A stretch of 63,703 bases of DNA, filler included, from Raillietiella orientalis (Eukaryota): NCBI GenBank assembly GCA_036172245.1. It is 4 parts of 4 records of this genome, joined end to end, with 100 filler letters (N's around TTAATTAATTAA, not from the genome) between each part and the next. Parts side by side here need not be neighbours in the genome. Positions count along the whole stretch, not along the records: positions 17,410 to 34,716 come from JAYWIR010000249.1; positions 34,817 to 51,971 come from JAYWIR010000250.1; 2 more parts are not named here. One strand, given 5' to 3'. Both the position numbers and the translations under genes were made by a program. Positions 26,240 through 37,800 of the stretch are shown piece by piece (within the stretch, counting starts at the first letter, position 1; each line of letters opens with the position of its first letter). A model generated the notes under the pieces. The model made no database searches and was not told the origin of the DNA. It was given only the letters and a program-made list of their open reading frames with translations.

Positions 26240-26327
26240 AGACATTTTTTATTACTAGTATGTTGCTAAACCTCTGTTCTGACTCAACTCCAAATAGAAC
26301 ATTTGGGTTATTCTAAATATACGGTAG

Positions 26328-26759
26328 CCTTTTCTTAAAGTAGACTCTGTATTTTCCCTCCTCCGTACCCGGTGGCCCGATGCTTCGGTTTACCGTCGAG
26401 TTGACCTAGATGATTCCACCCTCCGACCAGACATTTTCCTTCAGAACCCCTCAACTGCTGTGATCCTTCAAGTAGTAATTGCTTTTGAAAATCGACGTGC
26501 TTATTTTCTCCGTGCTCGTCAAACGAAAATTCAGGAATACGCCGATCTTGCCAATAGTCTACGTGAACAAGGCTTCACCACCATCAATCAAGCTGTTGTG
26601 GTTAAAGCACTTGGATCGTGGGACCCGACAATGCTAGTTGTCCTGAAGCTAATCGGCATTCCGATACATGCCATCAAATCTCTTACCAGACATACGTGCA
26701 GTGAAATGAGAAAATTTACACTTGACACTTACATCTCCCACATAGCTTCTAATGATTGA
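26328..26759 (+). pseudogene. RLE domain of element B, second catalytic Asp replaced by Gln
   Basis: LLRTRWP..STLRPDIFLQN..VILQVVIAFENR..ARQTKIQEY..ALGSWDP..DTYISHI, homologous to 18601-19010. Confidence 0.85.
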
Positions 26760-29700
26760 ACCAATGCCCCAACGGAAACAAAGGCTCAAACTGCACAAGA
26801 TTTCTTTTCGCAGCATGAAAATCCTTCTACGCATAAACACCAACCTCCCGTCGTCAAGGGCATCGGCTTCAATGTACTCCCCACGCCGTCTGTAAACACT
26901 CAAATAGTTCAAATTAAGCTACGACAGATGGACGATAATCGAATTCGATATCCACTCCGACAGCAGAAAGACCAGCTGGACCATGGAGTCGACCGATCCA
27001 AAAGAACAGGATTCCCGTTAAAGATGTGCAGGAGATAAGATTGTACGAGTAGATAAGGGGATGGAAATAGCGCATCAACTGGGGCATTACTGCAGTTCCA
27101 GAAAGATACTGGAACTAGTAGCAATGACAACCACTGCCCTCATACTCAAACGGAACGATAGGCCTACGTCCTATGGATTGAATGGACTATCTCCCAGGAC
27201 GCAATGATGCCCTTCTAGTCCCCACCAGCAGGTACACACACAGACATGCAGTTGCCTACCAGGCATTCAAGGGACTCTTGCTCAAGCTGCAAATTGCCCG
27301 CACATCGAGAACATGACCTTTCAGGGAGAATCATATGCCGAAGTCATACCGAGACCAGAGCCACATCACATCGGGGCAAGGTACATAAATGGGATTCCGA
27401 AGGCACCATTCAACGATGCAGATGCCGACACAACTGTAGAGAGACTTGGTTCTTTCATGACCAATGTCTACCCTCGATCTAGTTGTGTTTATCCCCGCCA
27501 CCATGTCTCGGGATGTTGTTGAGTCTAGGAAGGACTATGTACCTGAATGGGACATGTTCTGTTCTAATGTGCCCAACAAGGTGTCAATTGTTGCGCCGAA
27601 AGATCAGCCTGTCGGAGTTACCAGCGAGATCACAGCTGATTTACGAACCAACCTTCATAGGGCAGCCACAAGGGTCGAGTCCATTAGGCCTACAGTTTTC
27701 GTCTCTAGCAGCCCAGAAAAGCATCCCAGCGAGATAATCCTCGCGACGGACCATGACATATAAACACTCAGATGACTGTCACGCCTCATAATTCATTGTG
27801 ATAACCGGTTGTGATTTGCCATTGTTGATCTCACTTATTCTGCTGAAGATAAAAGTTATTTTCATACACGGAGTAAGGTTCGTTTCAATATTTGTACAGA
27901 GTGACGAGATTTTTAGATGGAAGCACTAGCAATTTAAGATGTAATAAGCATGCGCAAATGCCATTTAAAATAACAACTCAAATTAGGCTCAAACACTGTT
28001 GCAATTTCCTTCACGCACATGAAAGAGCCATCGAACCAGATATCCTCCAAAGAATCAATCCCAGGAAATTTTTCCTTTCTTTTCTGCTACCTTCTCAAAT
28101 TTGCTTTTGTTTTGTAATCCCATCTGCCTCACGGGAGCCTTGTAATAGTCTCACGCACCTCTAAGTCTGGTTGTTTTCCCTAGGAACAGGATACGCACGA
28201 AGAAAAGAATTTGCAGTTCAGTAAGACTCGTAGGCAATATATTTCACAACTTCTGATTACAAGCATACTGATTAGCAAAAAAAAAAAAAAAGAAAAACAA
28301 ATTTTGGCTTTGCTGTATGGAAATTTATGTACAGTCAACTTTCAGTGCAACATCTGTCACAAACCTCAAAAAAGGAAAAAGTATAAATCAAGATTCACAA
28401 CACATCATGTTGAAGAGAATGCACTTCAAGACCAAAAGACTTTCATTTAGCTTCAATTTATAAACATTCAACAACTCCAGACTTTCTATCATCATGATTG
28501 TCATGAGAATAATGTAAACAAGTATCAGGAATGAACAAAAAATTGCATTTTGGAATTTTTTCATGCAACAATATCACATTCCACTTCGGTGCATCACATT
28601 CCACTCCAAACGAATAACGCAGCAGAAATGCCCAGACAGAAACATGCAATCCTGGAAAACTCTGTTACTACTCTCTTATTTTCAAACTATCAAGAGAAAA
28701 GTGGAAACAACCAAATAGTAGCAATGCAATTATCAAAGAAATCATCAAAATCATAACCCATACGAAAATTCCAGTGTTATCACTTTCAATAAGGAACATT
28801 GAACTTTCAAACTGAAAATCCAGTCTCCATATCACCAATTCCAAATTAGAATTTCCAAGAACTTTCTTGGCTTTGGCATCTACAAAAAATTGCAGTCACT
28901 TTTAATATTCATCCACTTGCTGCATTTCAGATTAACTCAAGACGCATACCAGATTGACAAAAGTAAATCACAAAAAATCACCACTCTTTTTCACATTTTG
29001 ATCACAGAACACATTGGTTCCCAGTCTGTACAGAGTTAAATAAGCAATTCAGTTTCCCATTGTGTTAACCTTATTGTGTTTTCCTCTTATCTATTTGTAT
29101 TTGCTCTTTAAATACTATCCGTAACCCTACTTTCAACTTTGCAGGGCCTTCCTATTCCAGAAAGAACAAAGTCTCCCACATAAGAGAATTTCCCACTTTA
29201 CCAAATCTTTGGGGAGTTCCATCTTCATTGATTTGCTATTTTATTTCCTTTCTATATTTGATTTTATCAAAATCCACTGAAACATTTTGGGAGCCACAAA
29301 ATGGAAAACCAGGAAAATAACTATTAACCATTCACTACTGTCTCATGAAAATACACAAACATTTTGCGTTGCACTGAATTTTGCATGCATTTTTTGTCAC
29401 CACATTCTACCTAATTTTCCAAATACATATTTCAAATATAATCTAGTAACACGTGATTCCTTTAAAAACTAAGGCTAGAAGACTGCCACGTGGCAAAAAA
29501 ATGAAATAAACTGTAGAATCTGAAGTGAAAATACTCTGCAACAAATTGTTCGAATCCCATTATCTATGCACTTCATGAACGACGATAAACTCTGAAGCAC
29601 CTTGCAGAACACCCCATAAGCTTTGGTATTTCCAGACAATAATAAAACAATGATGTTCAGATACATGATAAACTAATTGCACAAGCTCGGAGGAAAGGAT

Positions 29701-32700
29701 TACCTCTTCCTCGCATCTCATCCAGAAATGTGTTAGAAGTGACAGAATCCGTGGCATGAAACTCCTAGACTGAAACACCCTATCCTGGGAGCACAGTCTT
29801 TCAAGAGATGCTAATCAAACGCACCAAATCAAGTAATATGCTTGATAACCAAACCTCAAACAGGGCATCTTCTTTAGCCCTTTAGACGTACAAGAATACC
29901 CTTCTGTAGTTCCTTTATCAAATGCTAATGGGATCTCTACAAGAACATCCCGACAACTTCACATTCGTCATCTGCCAGAGAGCAAGCATGCCACTTGCTA
30001 CAAATCAACAAATTGCACCAACACCCACTTCAGCAAGAACTACTCCTCTTCCCACAAGCAGATCATCTCCTTACATCACAATGCAATCCACAGGTGATGA
30101 TTCTCATCTCAAAATTTCCTCCTCTATAACTGAACAGCAAGATTCCATTTCAAACCAGTTTCAAGGGAAAATTCTGCGATTTGCAATAACAACCGAAAGA
30201 TGTGCAAACATGCCAGTTAGCCACAGATACATTGAACGATGTCATCCATACCATTCACACACACTTTCGAACCATGGGTGCAAGCCCAACCTTGGATGGA
30301 CTTACCCAGGTGATTGGCACTCCCGAACATGCCCACCCCTTATCTGGGATTTTTTCATTTTGGGATGCAACCACTATGACAGGGTGTCATGAAAAACATT
30401 GCCAATTCCAAGGTCTTAGCATGTGCAGCTGATCTCGTGATTATAACCAGAAATCCAAACAATCTGCAATCGGCCTTAAACCTGACTGGGGCACTCACAA
30501 AATGCCTTGGTGTACTGCCAAACACAAATTAGTGTAACTCACTTCACTGCCAAGCGAAAACACCGACATATCTGGGAATAACTTTCTTCTCCATTTTCAA
30601 GAGCCTCAAGTGTTGCATTCGACTACCACACAATTTGAAAAACCCTACGATTTGAAAAAGTCAACTCTACCCTCAGCATGCAATGACATTACTGACAGCC
30701 ATCCAGACTTCCCTCTGGCTTAATGTACATTACAAAACAGTTCAGCAACATGCACAAGCATCCCATGCACATCTCATCAGCACAGCAGGCCCTGCTGTAA
30801 CAAAGCATGGCATGAACAAAAACGTTGCAATCCTCATCACAACTGCTGTTCACAGCAGTGCAAGTCCAACAGTCCCACAACCTTTCCTGCTAAAACTCAT
30901 AACATCCCAAGTCTTGCTGAATCATCTCATCACAACAATCAGAACATCAACACACCCTTTTCCCATTCATGAGCTTTCCTGTCAGCAATCACCATCACAG
31001 TAAACGTGCAAAGTGGAACGGGACAAGGATGCAGCTTTCAAATTTTTAGGAGGGCGCCCTGACTTTGCAACTTCACGGCCTTCTCGATTTTCAAAGACTG
31101 AAAAAAAAAAACAGCAGCATTGCAAGTGAACTCCTTTCAACTCCTTTCTTTGCTCCCCATCACTTCAAATGAAATAACAAGCATTCCAGCACTTTTCTTT
31201 TTCCCGATTCTTGCAGCCATTTTCAAAAGAGCAAAAATTACTTCCTTTACCGTAAAGTGCTCACTGCTAACGGCACCTTCCCTTTCCCATCGATCACATA
31301 CTCCTCGAATGCCTACATGCCTTGCAACCCGACCATTCCACCATCCACACTTTGAGCCACAGCATTTCTTCCAAACCGAAACTCAACCGTGCAGCGCCAC
31401 GCCCACTTCCACCGGAAAGCGCAGCCGCCCTCTACCGCTCTTCCCGCTCTTCCGCCTCCTCCCGTGCGCTTCAAGATGTGCATTTCGAGGTGGAACAGAC
31501 AGCGCGGAGTTCGATCTCTCCAAATCTTTTGGCAACAACAGCTTCCCTTCAAATCGCACCTTTCCACTCTTCACCACTCTTCAATGATCCTTTCGCAATG
31601 ATTTCCCTACGTCTTCTCCACTGAAGACATTCCTCGGTTCTTCCACCCATGTCGGTGTTCTTGTGCAATCTGAGGTCTCCTCCGAATGCACAAGAGGCTT
31701 CTCACGCTCTCACACTTCTCACGTCACTTTTATGATTTGTTTGGGAAGTGTTCCATCAGCGGGCGCGCTTTTTCCAAAGGTGCTGCACATGTACAATGAA
31801 ATGAATCGAGTTTTAGATTCTCTTATACACAGAAAAGCTGCTTTCCATCGTAAGGACGAAACCAAATCACGCTTGGAAAGGGAGAACCCTTTCCATGCTT
31901 GGCTTTTCGAGATTGAAAATTCGTACAGAGATTCTTTCACGAAGCTTCCAAGGATATGAATTTCAATTCAGAACGGTGGTGGAGAGAGAACAGCAATCGG
32001 GCACGTCGGAACGAATATCTCACTTGTCCTGATGAAAGCAACACCAGGAATGAGCTTGAAACAAGTTTGTGCTTGTGATTAAATTAGCATTAAATTCTAC
32101 GGATATAAGAATGAAGGAAGGAATCTTTGCAAAAAGAGATCATTCATTGGAACTGCCTATCTTGCCTCCAGGACATCAGCCTTCCTGACTTGCTGAAAGG
32201 ACGAAGGGAAGTGCAAGCTGAACTGCACAGATGCGGGAAATTTTTCCTTAGACTGCAACAGTAAAATCTGATGTCCAAGAATATGTGTTTGCTCCAAGGC
32301 TCAATGCTTTTCCTGCCTGAACGTACTTTTGCGATCTTTGATGCTCCTCACCATGGCCAAGATGATAGTGTTCTCGCTCACAGAATCACACAGAGGACCC
32401 TGCAGCCTGCGGCTTTCATCTTCTGCCGTTTCTCTTTCCGTGGAATCGAGAACACTGGTCACAAAAAATGGCATTCATGTAGCAACCTCTCCTTCTCATC
32501 ATCACACAAATTTTTTCGAGAGTGATGACTTTATTGTTGGTTTCTCACCGCTGACAATATTTTGCTTCCTAAATGCTGTGCAGCTCCTTTCACAGGCAAG
32601 AAATTCATATTCTTTATTTTGCAAATCCCATCGGAACGATGCTCTCCATTTGCAAGAGCATTGGTTTCTCCAGAAAATTGGATGGATCGCCCTTGGATGG

Positions 32701-33267
32701 ATGCTGCTTCTTTCTTTACCAAAACTCGGAAAAGCTTTCTTCATGAATTCGGAGTTCACCATCTCACCTGCTCTTCAAATCGCCTCGATTGGCCATTGCA
32801 AGCACCAGGATTCGTGCTTCCACCTTTCTTAGGTGCGGATGAATTTCAATTAAAACTTGCATCGCAAGTTGGTTTCTTGGAATACGTGTTTTCCCGCGCT
32901 TTCAGTGGGCCTGCATTTCTTTTCCCTTATTTTTCCCCAGAGTTATGTGAATGAGAGGGGATGCATAAGCCTCTCTTTTTCTGATTTCAGATTTTCAATT
33001 GTATGATGTTCAGTGTGAGAAGTCAGCACGAGTGAAGAAGCTTCGTGCAGCTCATCAGATTCCACCGAAACCGAGGAAACGTGCCGTCCGACACACAAGT
33101 GAGTACCTTTTTCTGGTTATTAAATAGTCATGTAATTTTGAACATCTGTTTCAAAGCCATCTTCCGAATCCGAACCCATGCATTCAACATATTTTCTCTT
33201 CAGGCTAACTTTTCTGTGCATTTTGGCGAAATCGTGAGACTGTGATTCTCTAGAGGAGGATTTTTCT

Positions 33268-33699
33268 TTGGATCCGAAAACTCTTCTTATATCCATGCAG
33301 GACAACGACTGCTCCGCGTCATTGAGCAACTGCTTTCATCCAAAGACCCAGGCTTTCAGGAGAAACTTGCCAGAGATTGAAGAGAGTTTAATCGGAATGA
33401 AAGCAGGGGAGCAAAACCCTGGGTCTCCTGTGGCAGGAAAGGAAGAAAAATTCAGTATTAAAGTACAGAAAATAATGAAAGCTGGTCCTCAGGTTTTTGA
33501 CCATGAACTTGCAAATAAGCTAGGATTAAAAGATTTTGCAATGCTTGGAGAAGTTAGAAACCATAGAGTAATTGGAAATGTACCTGTATATTGTAAGATG
33601 TGTAATAAGAAACAGCTGTTTCACAAAATTGATTCCAATTATGACTCAGCATTACCAACTGGCTTTGTGAAGGCTGTAATACAAAATAGCATGCTCTAA
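33268..33699 (+). CDS. Hypothetical host exon/ORF with a CxxC motif
   Basis: 143-codon ORF in AT-rich DNA; a donor-like GTGAGT at 33100 and pyrimidine-rich AG sites lie upstream; no family recognised. Confidence 0.2.
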   Translation: MDPKTLLISMQDNDCSASLSNCFHPKTQAFRRNLPEIEESLIGMKAGEQNPGSPVAGKEEKFSIKVQKIMKAGPQVFDHELANKLGLKDFAMLGEVRNHRVIGNVPVYCKMCNKKQLFHKIDSNYDSALPTGFVKAVIQNSML

Positions 33700-33886
33700 C
33701 ATTCGTTATTGAATATATATTTCTGTTTCTTATACGCTAATCAGTTCGTAAACTTCATCTACTTGCACGTGTGAAAAATCGATAGCATCAATTTTTTTAC
33801 CAACACCCCTAAGCATTTCCATCACACTTCCTCCAGGATTTTTACAGGAAAGATGATCTAGTAGCCTCGTTATCTCTGCTTTTCTA

Positions 33887-34255
33887 TCAAAGTAACTTGA
33901 GTCCTATAGATTTCTTTGATGAATATGATTCATATAGCATACTGTGTAGAAATGGCTCTTGCCCAAGTAACACCATACCTTCTGTAGAACGACCTCGAAC
34001 GATATCCTTGATTCCAGCATCACATCCCAGAATCTCATATAGGTATGGTAATACTTTTGCAAGTGACATACCGAAAATTGTATCTGATACTCCAGGATGT
34101 TGTTCGGATAGTGATAAATATTGTTTTGGTCTGCCAGAATGGCAGATCAATATAACTTTTGTCTCCTGTTTAACTAAGGAAAACACAGTTTCTTGGATTT
34201 GTAACACTCTACTTTGGTTGCTTCTTTGACCTTCATACATCGTTGTCTTGAGATC
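33887..34255 (-). pseudogene. Divergent phosphoglycerate-kinase-like N-terminal fragment
   Basis: EGQRSNQSRVLQIQETVFSLVKQETKVILICHSGRPK..SLAKVLPYLYEILG..GMVLL resembles PGK 'ITNDTRI...TIKYLLEQGAKVILxSHLGRPK..SLAPVA..LSELLG..G.V.LL'; visual alignment only. Confidence 0.5.
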
Positions 34256-34261
34256 AAAGGG

Positions 34262-34630
34262 AGGCTCGCAGGACGCCACGCCATCTTATGCGGCTGCGAC
34301 GCCGCGGCCATTTGCATACGCGGCGGCGGCGGCGGGGAGTTGGCTCACCCGACGAGCCCACGAATTCGGAGAACGGGAAGATTGAAAACGTCGATGAACC
34401 GATAATACGGGTAAGTCCACGCGTGAAACCCATCACGTTCAAGACTGCACTTATCCGTAGAAATAATATTAAAGAGGTTTACCTGGCCCTACACAAGGAG
34501 GATGTGGATTTTGATCGCGTTCAGGCGAGCATGCCGAACACGACGGGGTTCACGGTGTACAGCGGCTGTACAACCATTAACGGAGGCCCTGATCGACAAG
34601 GGCATTAACATACGAGGGTGGATGGTCCTA
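34262..34630 (+). mobile_element. ORF1 fragment of a Tx1-like element related to family C
   Basis: GKIENVDEPIIRVSPRVKPITFKTALIRRNNIKEVYLAL..FDRVQA aligns to GKVQKVDRPIVDLGPNVKPIIFKTGLIKFNNIREVYLSL..FDRIQA of ORF 57914-59023. Confidence 0.85.
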
Positions 34631-34716
34631 TCTCTCAGACAAATTACATCACTCCTCCATTTTTCATTCTTCATTACGTTCCCTCTTCAAATCCAGCCTT
34701 CTTAGTTTCATTCAAA

Positions 34717-34816
34717 NNNNNNNNNNNNNNNNNNNNNNNNNNNNNNNNNNNNNNNNNNNNTTAATTAATTAANNNNNNNNNNNNNNNNNNNNNNNNNNNN
34801 NNNNNNNNNNNNNNNN
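34717..34816. other. Assembly gap with TTAATTAATTAA spacer
   Basis: N run with spacer at 34761-34772. Confidence 0.98.
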
Positions 34817-37800
34817 CACTCTGGATTCCTCCGTGATAAAACATCAGGAAGTCATCCTGGGTGCCCGGCGGAAGGTCACTCCTCCAGAGCGTCGTGCCAA
34901 TCGCTAACAGGTTGATCCGGTCACTCCCGTAGCGATCGGCGGCTTCCTGGGGGCACTAATATCACTGTCTTCTTCTTGAATTAGTCTTCAGAGGTTTGTT
35001 TTGATTACCCAGGACCACGCAAAGTCGTTGTGGTTGAACCACACTTCGCGAGTCATGTGGGTAAACCTTCCTAACATCATCTCTATATACCTAAGTATAC
35101 GAGTGTGATGTAGGTACCCTCCTCGTTTCTACTCCTGGATTCGTTGAAGGGTAACTCTGTACCGCTGGTGGATCCAGCTTCTCGTGTCCGGCGGGACAGG
35201 AAGCATCCAAGGGATCACCAGCATAACTCGTCCTGCCAGAGTTACCCACTTCTCGGCACGATCTTTATTTTGTTGTTTCGCACCAGCCGTTGCTTCCTCG
35301 TCCAGGTTGGGTCGATTTTTTTCCATTCGCCTGCTCGGCCTAGCAGCGCAGTCATCAGGCCTTTCGAATTGTTCAACAACAACGGGTAGGCCCTGTGCGC
35401 CGCATACGGCCAGTCATCCCAGTGAGTGGCAATGTCCAGGATGTGTCGCGTATCCATGATTTCAATGGAGTGTGCAAGCGACTTCATCCCGGAACCGGCT
35501 TCTTCCCTGGGACGACACAGGGGTTTTAGTCGGACTCTTGGGCGATGGTGGCGCAACAGTGTTTTTCTCTGCAGCTTGTCGAACTCTGTCGTGGTGTCCC
35601 TGTTCATCCTCGCGGAGGCCGCCCCAAAGAGCGCTTTTGGAAGGAGTACTCCGTTACATATGTTGGCCTTTCGCTTCATTCCAAGGTCCGTTCGGGTGTA
35701 CTTGGCTGCTTTCTTGTCCGTTTTCTCCAGGATTGTTGTCCACAGTAGCTTCGACGCGGAGACCACGCCAATGTAGACACCCAGGTTCTTGGCCTTGTCT
35801 CCCGTTCGAAATCCCCTTTTCGCTAGAGCGAAGAGATCGAGGATTCCAACGGGCAAGGGCTGGCTTCTCTGGGCGTTGATCTTTAGACCCAGGCCTTGAT
35901 CCATCAGGTCTACCACATCCAGAAACGCTCGTTGATTTCTCTCTCCCTTCATAAAGAAGAGTAGATCATCAGCGTATGCCAGATGGGTAAGACGCTGACC
36001 ATCGATTGTTATGCCTTGCAGTCGTCCGCTCTTCTCGATAAAGGACGACAACGCCTCCATGTAGATGACGAACAGCATCGGACTTAGCGAATCGCCCTGC
36101 CGAACTCCCCATTCCATCCGGATTGCTGCCATCTCAGGGCCGTTGATTTTGATTCGGCAGTACTGGTTCTGGAGTACCACTCTCACGAAGTTGCTAAAGT
36201 GTTCCGGAAAACCTAGCTTCTCCAGAACCTTCAGCAGAATCCCATGGTCGATGGAGTCGAAAGCCTTCTCCATGTCAGTGAACAGCAGCGCCAGATTCTC
36301 GCCGACGTATCGGCTGAGTCCGACGGTGGCCTGGGCACACTTGACATTGTCCGACATGTGACGTCCAGGGACTGCACACGTTAGGACCGGAGAGATGAGC
36401 CTCGACATGACCTTGCCTAAGCGGTTGGACCAGATCTTCGCCAACCACTTCGCATCCGAGTTCAGGATCGAGATTAGCCTCCATTGAGCGACCTGCGTGA
36501 GGTCGCCTCCTTTTGGCGACAATCTCATCCAACTTCCGTAGAAGGACTGTGGAAGTCTTCCGTCTTCGCGGATGCAGAGGGTCAACTGGTGGAACAAACG
36601 CAGGTAGGCATGCAGTTACCGCTGATAGTGAGTGATGGGTACGCTGTCAGGGCCCGCTGCCACGTCCTTGCGTAGTTGACCAGACGCAGTCTTCACCTCA
36701 TCTTCGGAGAACTCCTCTTCCAGTCTGTTCCGCTGGAGATCGTCGGTCCTCTTCTCGAGGTAGCTCATCAAGGTCTGTTGACTAGAGCGACACAGCTGTT
36801 GTCGCCTGAAGTGTTTTGTGTAATGCCTGTGAAAGGCATCCACGATGTCCTCAGACGACTGTCGCTTTTGGCCGTCGTACTGGATGCAGAAGATATCTGT
36901 TGCCAGATTTCTCTTCTCCAGCACGCCGACTTCCCCTTTTATGTTATTGAGGACGTACCGACTCTCGTACTGATCGAAGTACTTTGAGAGGGAGCGATCT
37001 TGGATGTTCAGCTCCCGGTACGCCTCTTGCCTCAAGCGCCTATCCCCGAACTGCATGTTCGCAAACAGGTGTATCCTGTGTGTCAGGCTGTCCCAGTCGG
37101 TGTCTCTTCGGATTGTTGTTGCCTTCAGAATCGTCTCCAGGACAGCCTGATGCTTGGGATGGGTTTCGAACCAGGCAAGCATGCTGATGAGCGCCGCCCT
37201 GATGCCTTGCCTCCGCCGGGGATTCTCCGTTCTTAGGGAAAACCGCACCAGCGGGTGATCGGACACCGTGGTCATAATGTCTCCAAAATCCTAAATGCGA
37301 TTCCCTAGTTCGGTGCTGTGCAGGATGTGATCGATCGGCTTGTGACTTGCTGTTCGCCACACCAGTCTGAACTCGTCGGATAGCCGCCGTTACGCCGTCC
37401 TTCCTCTGGCGTCTTGGGAATGAGTGATCTCATCCAATATGTTGAGATCACCAGCAACAATCACGACGTCCTTGGGGGCGACCTTCTCACGGAGTGCTGC
37501 ATGCAGCGCCTCCGCACAACGATGTTTCAGCCTGTGCGGCCCGTACACGTTCACCAGGATGAGGTGAACAGTAGCGGACCAGCCCAGTCGCACGCCGATG
37601 ATTCGTCCGGGTTGGGGTCATAACACTTCCAGAAAAGTGGGACCCAAGTAATTCTTGATTAGTACCGCGACAACCTGCGTGTTCCGTTGTCCCTCGCTGA
37701 CGAACATCTTCCCGTTGAATCGCCATTCCATTTGCTGAAAAATCTCGAGACCCATCCTGAGGGTCTTCTGCAGGCACACCATGTCTTGTTGTGCGATGGT

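Larger units (their letters stand above)
22886..26759 (+). mobile_element. Element B: second, divergent ZnF - SF3 helicase - RLE element without RT (decayed)
   Basis: ~470-bp leader, 765-aa ZnF ORF, LQRLYNQNPR motif, frameshifted helicase, RLE ORF; same order as element A. Confidence 0.75.

Noticed and set aside
26247..26261. CRESS origin nonanucleotide near TTTTATTACTAGTAT
   Set aside because: Does not match NANTATTAC and has no flanking stem.
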